Assembly: GCF_018977255.1 (NCBI RefSeq)
Contig: NW_024704769.1
Location: 3,968,001 to 4,032,000 of the forward strand
Source of the DNA: Callorhinchus milii
Lineage: Eukaryota
DNA: 64,000 nucleotides
Direction of reading: 5' to 3'
Below are positions 63,218 through 64,000 of this stretch, piece after piece. The notes under the pieces were generated by a model, which did not search any database, had not been told where the DNA came from, and saw only the letters and a program-made list of their open reading frames with translations. The first letter of the stretch is position 1; each line of letters begins with the position of its first letter. A program made the translations under genes and the position numbers.

Positions 63218-64000
63218 CACACACACAAAGCCTCACAGACACACACAAGCACAAGTGTCATTACATTGAGCTATTTTCATTTTGGAACAGAATCTCATGT
63301 CGCTTTAAGCAAAGTGCCATTGATGAAGCCTCCCTCGCAGCGGCAGAATGAGTGTGAGGCAAATCCTTCCCTTATAACAGCCCAAAATAAACCTTCACAG
63401 TGTGACAGCAGCTTACAGTATCTAGCCATGATTGTTCACTGGAGGAAATTGTACTTAATCTACAGGATATGTTCAAATTTCCAGCACTCCAGAAGTCTGT
63501 ACAGCATGTTCCCCACCGCCAACACAGGATGTCCAATAATCCCACAGGAAAGGAATCAAAATCGTACCTTTAACTCTGTGAGGGCGGGAAACTACAGAGT
63601 ATCTGTGGCTTACCAACTGAGCCAAGCTGACATTTCACCTCCAGTGGCAACAACAATAGTAATAATCCTTGCATTTGAATCCATAGCGTCTTATCACGTC
63701 GTCGAGACGTCTCAAAGCGATTCACAGAATATACTGTAAAGTGTGGTGACTGTATATTTTGTGGGAGAAATGCGACAGCCAATTGCGCACAACAGGGTCC
63801 CACAAACTGTCTTGGATTGAGTGACCAAATTATTATTCTGTTTTTTGGAAGGGATTATTACCCCTCTATAACAGAGGTGCATAACTCTAGGAAGGAAACT
63901 CTCCTAAGGTTTTGCCTTGCCTGGGAATCGAACCCGGGTCCTCTCGCTTGCTAACCATTCCTGACGTGAAAGGCATCTACAAATGTAACTTGCTGTTGTT

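Noticed and set aside
63265-63560. Possible upstream RNF122 exon
   Set aside because: No frame resembles the expected Cys-rich and transmembrane N-terminus, so those exons are probably beyond the window.

Overview
Intron-rich vertebrate genomic DNA. The dense tRNA-derived SINE, Deu-type SINE, L2 and CR1 repeats suggest a cartilaginous fish, possibly a chimaera (inference). Eight spliced protein-coding genes can be rebuilt exon by exon from GT-AG boundaries: AEBP1 (+, 5' part outside the window), POLD2 (-), MYL7 (-), GCK (-), ATP6V1B2 (-), TTI2 (+, apparent 1-nt frameshift near the start), MAK16 (-) and RNF122 (-, 5' part outside). A U13/SNORD13 box C/D snoRNA, invisible to the ORF track, lies at 57488-57587 (-) with its own PSE and octamer promoter. 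The most striking non-coding signals are tandem transcription-factor motifs in promoters: 11 CLEAR/E-boxes between head-to-head ATP6V1B2 and TTI2, 7 NRF1-like units upstream of POLD2, repeated CTCF-like units upstream of MAK16, and duplicated RFX X-boxes upstream of GCK. Four N gaps are present. Most ORF-track entries are spurious products of repeats. Comparisons to human sequences are from memory and need checking by alignment.
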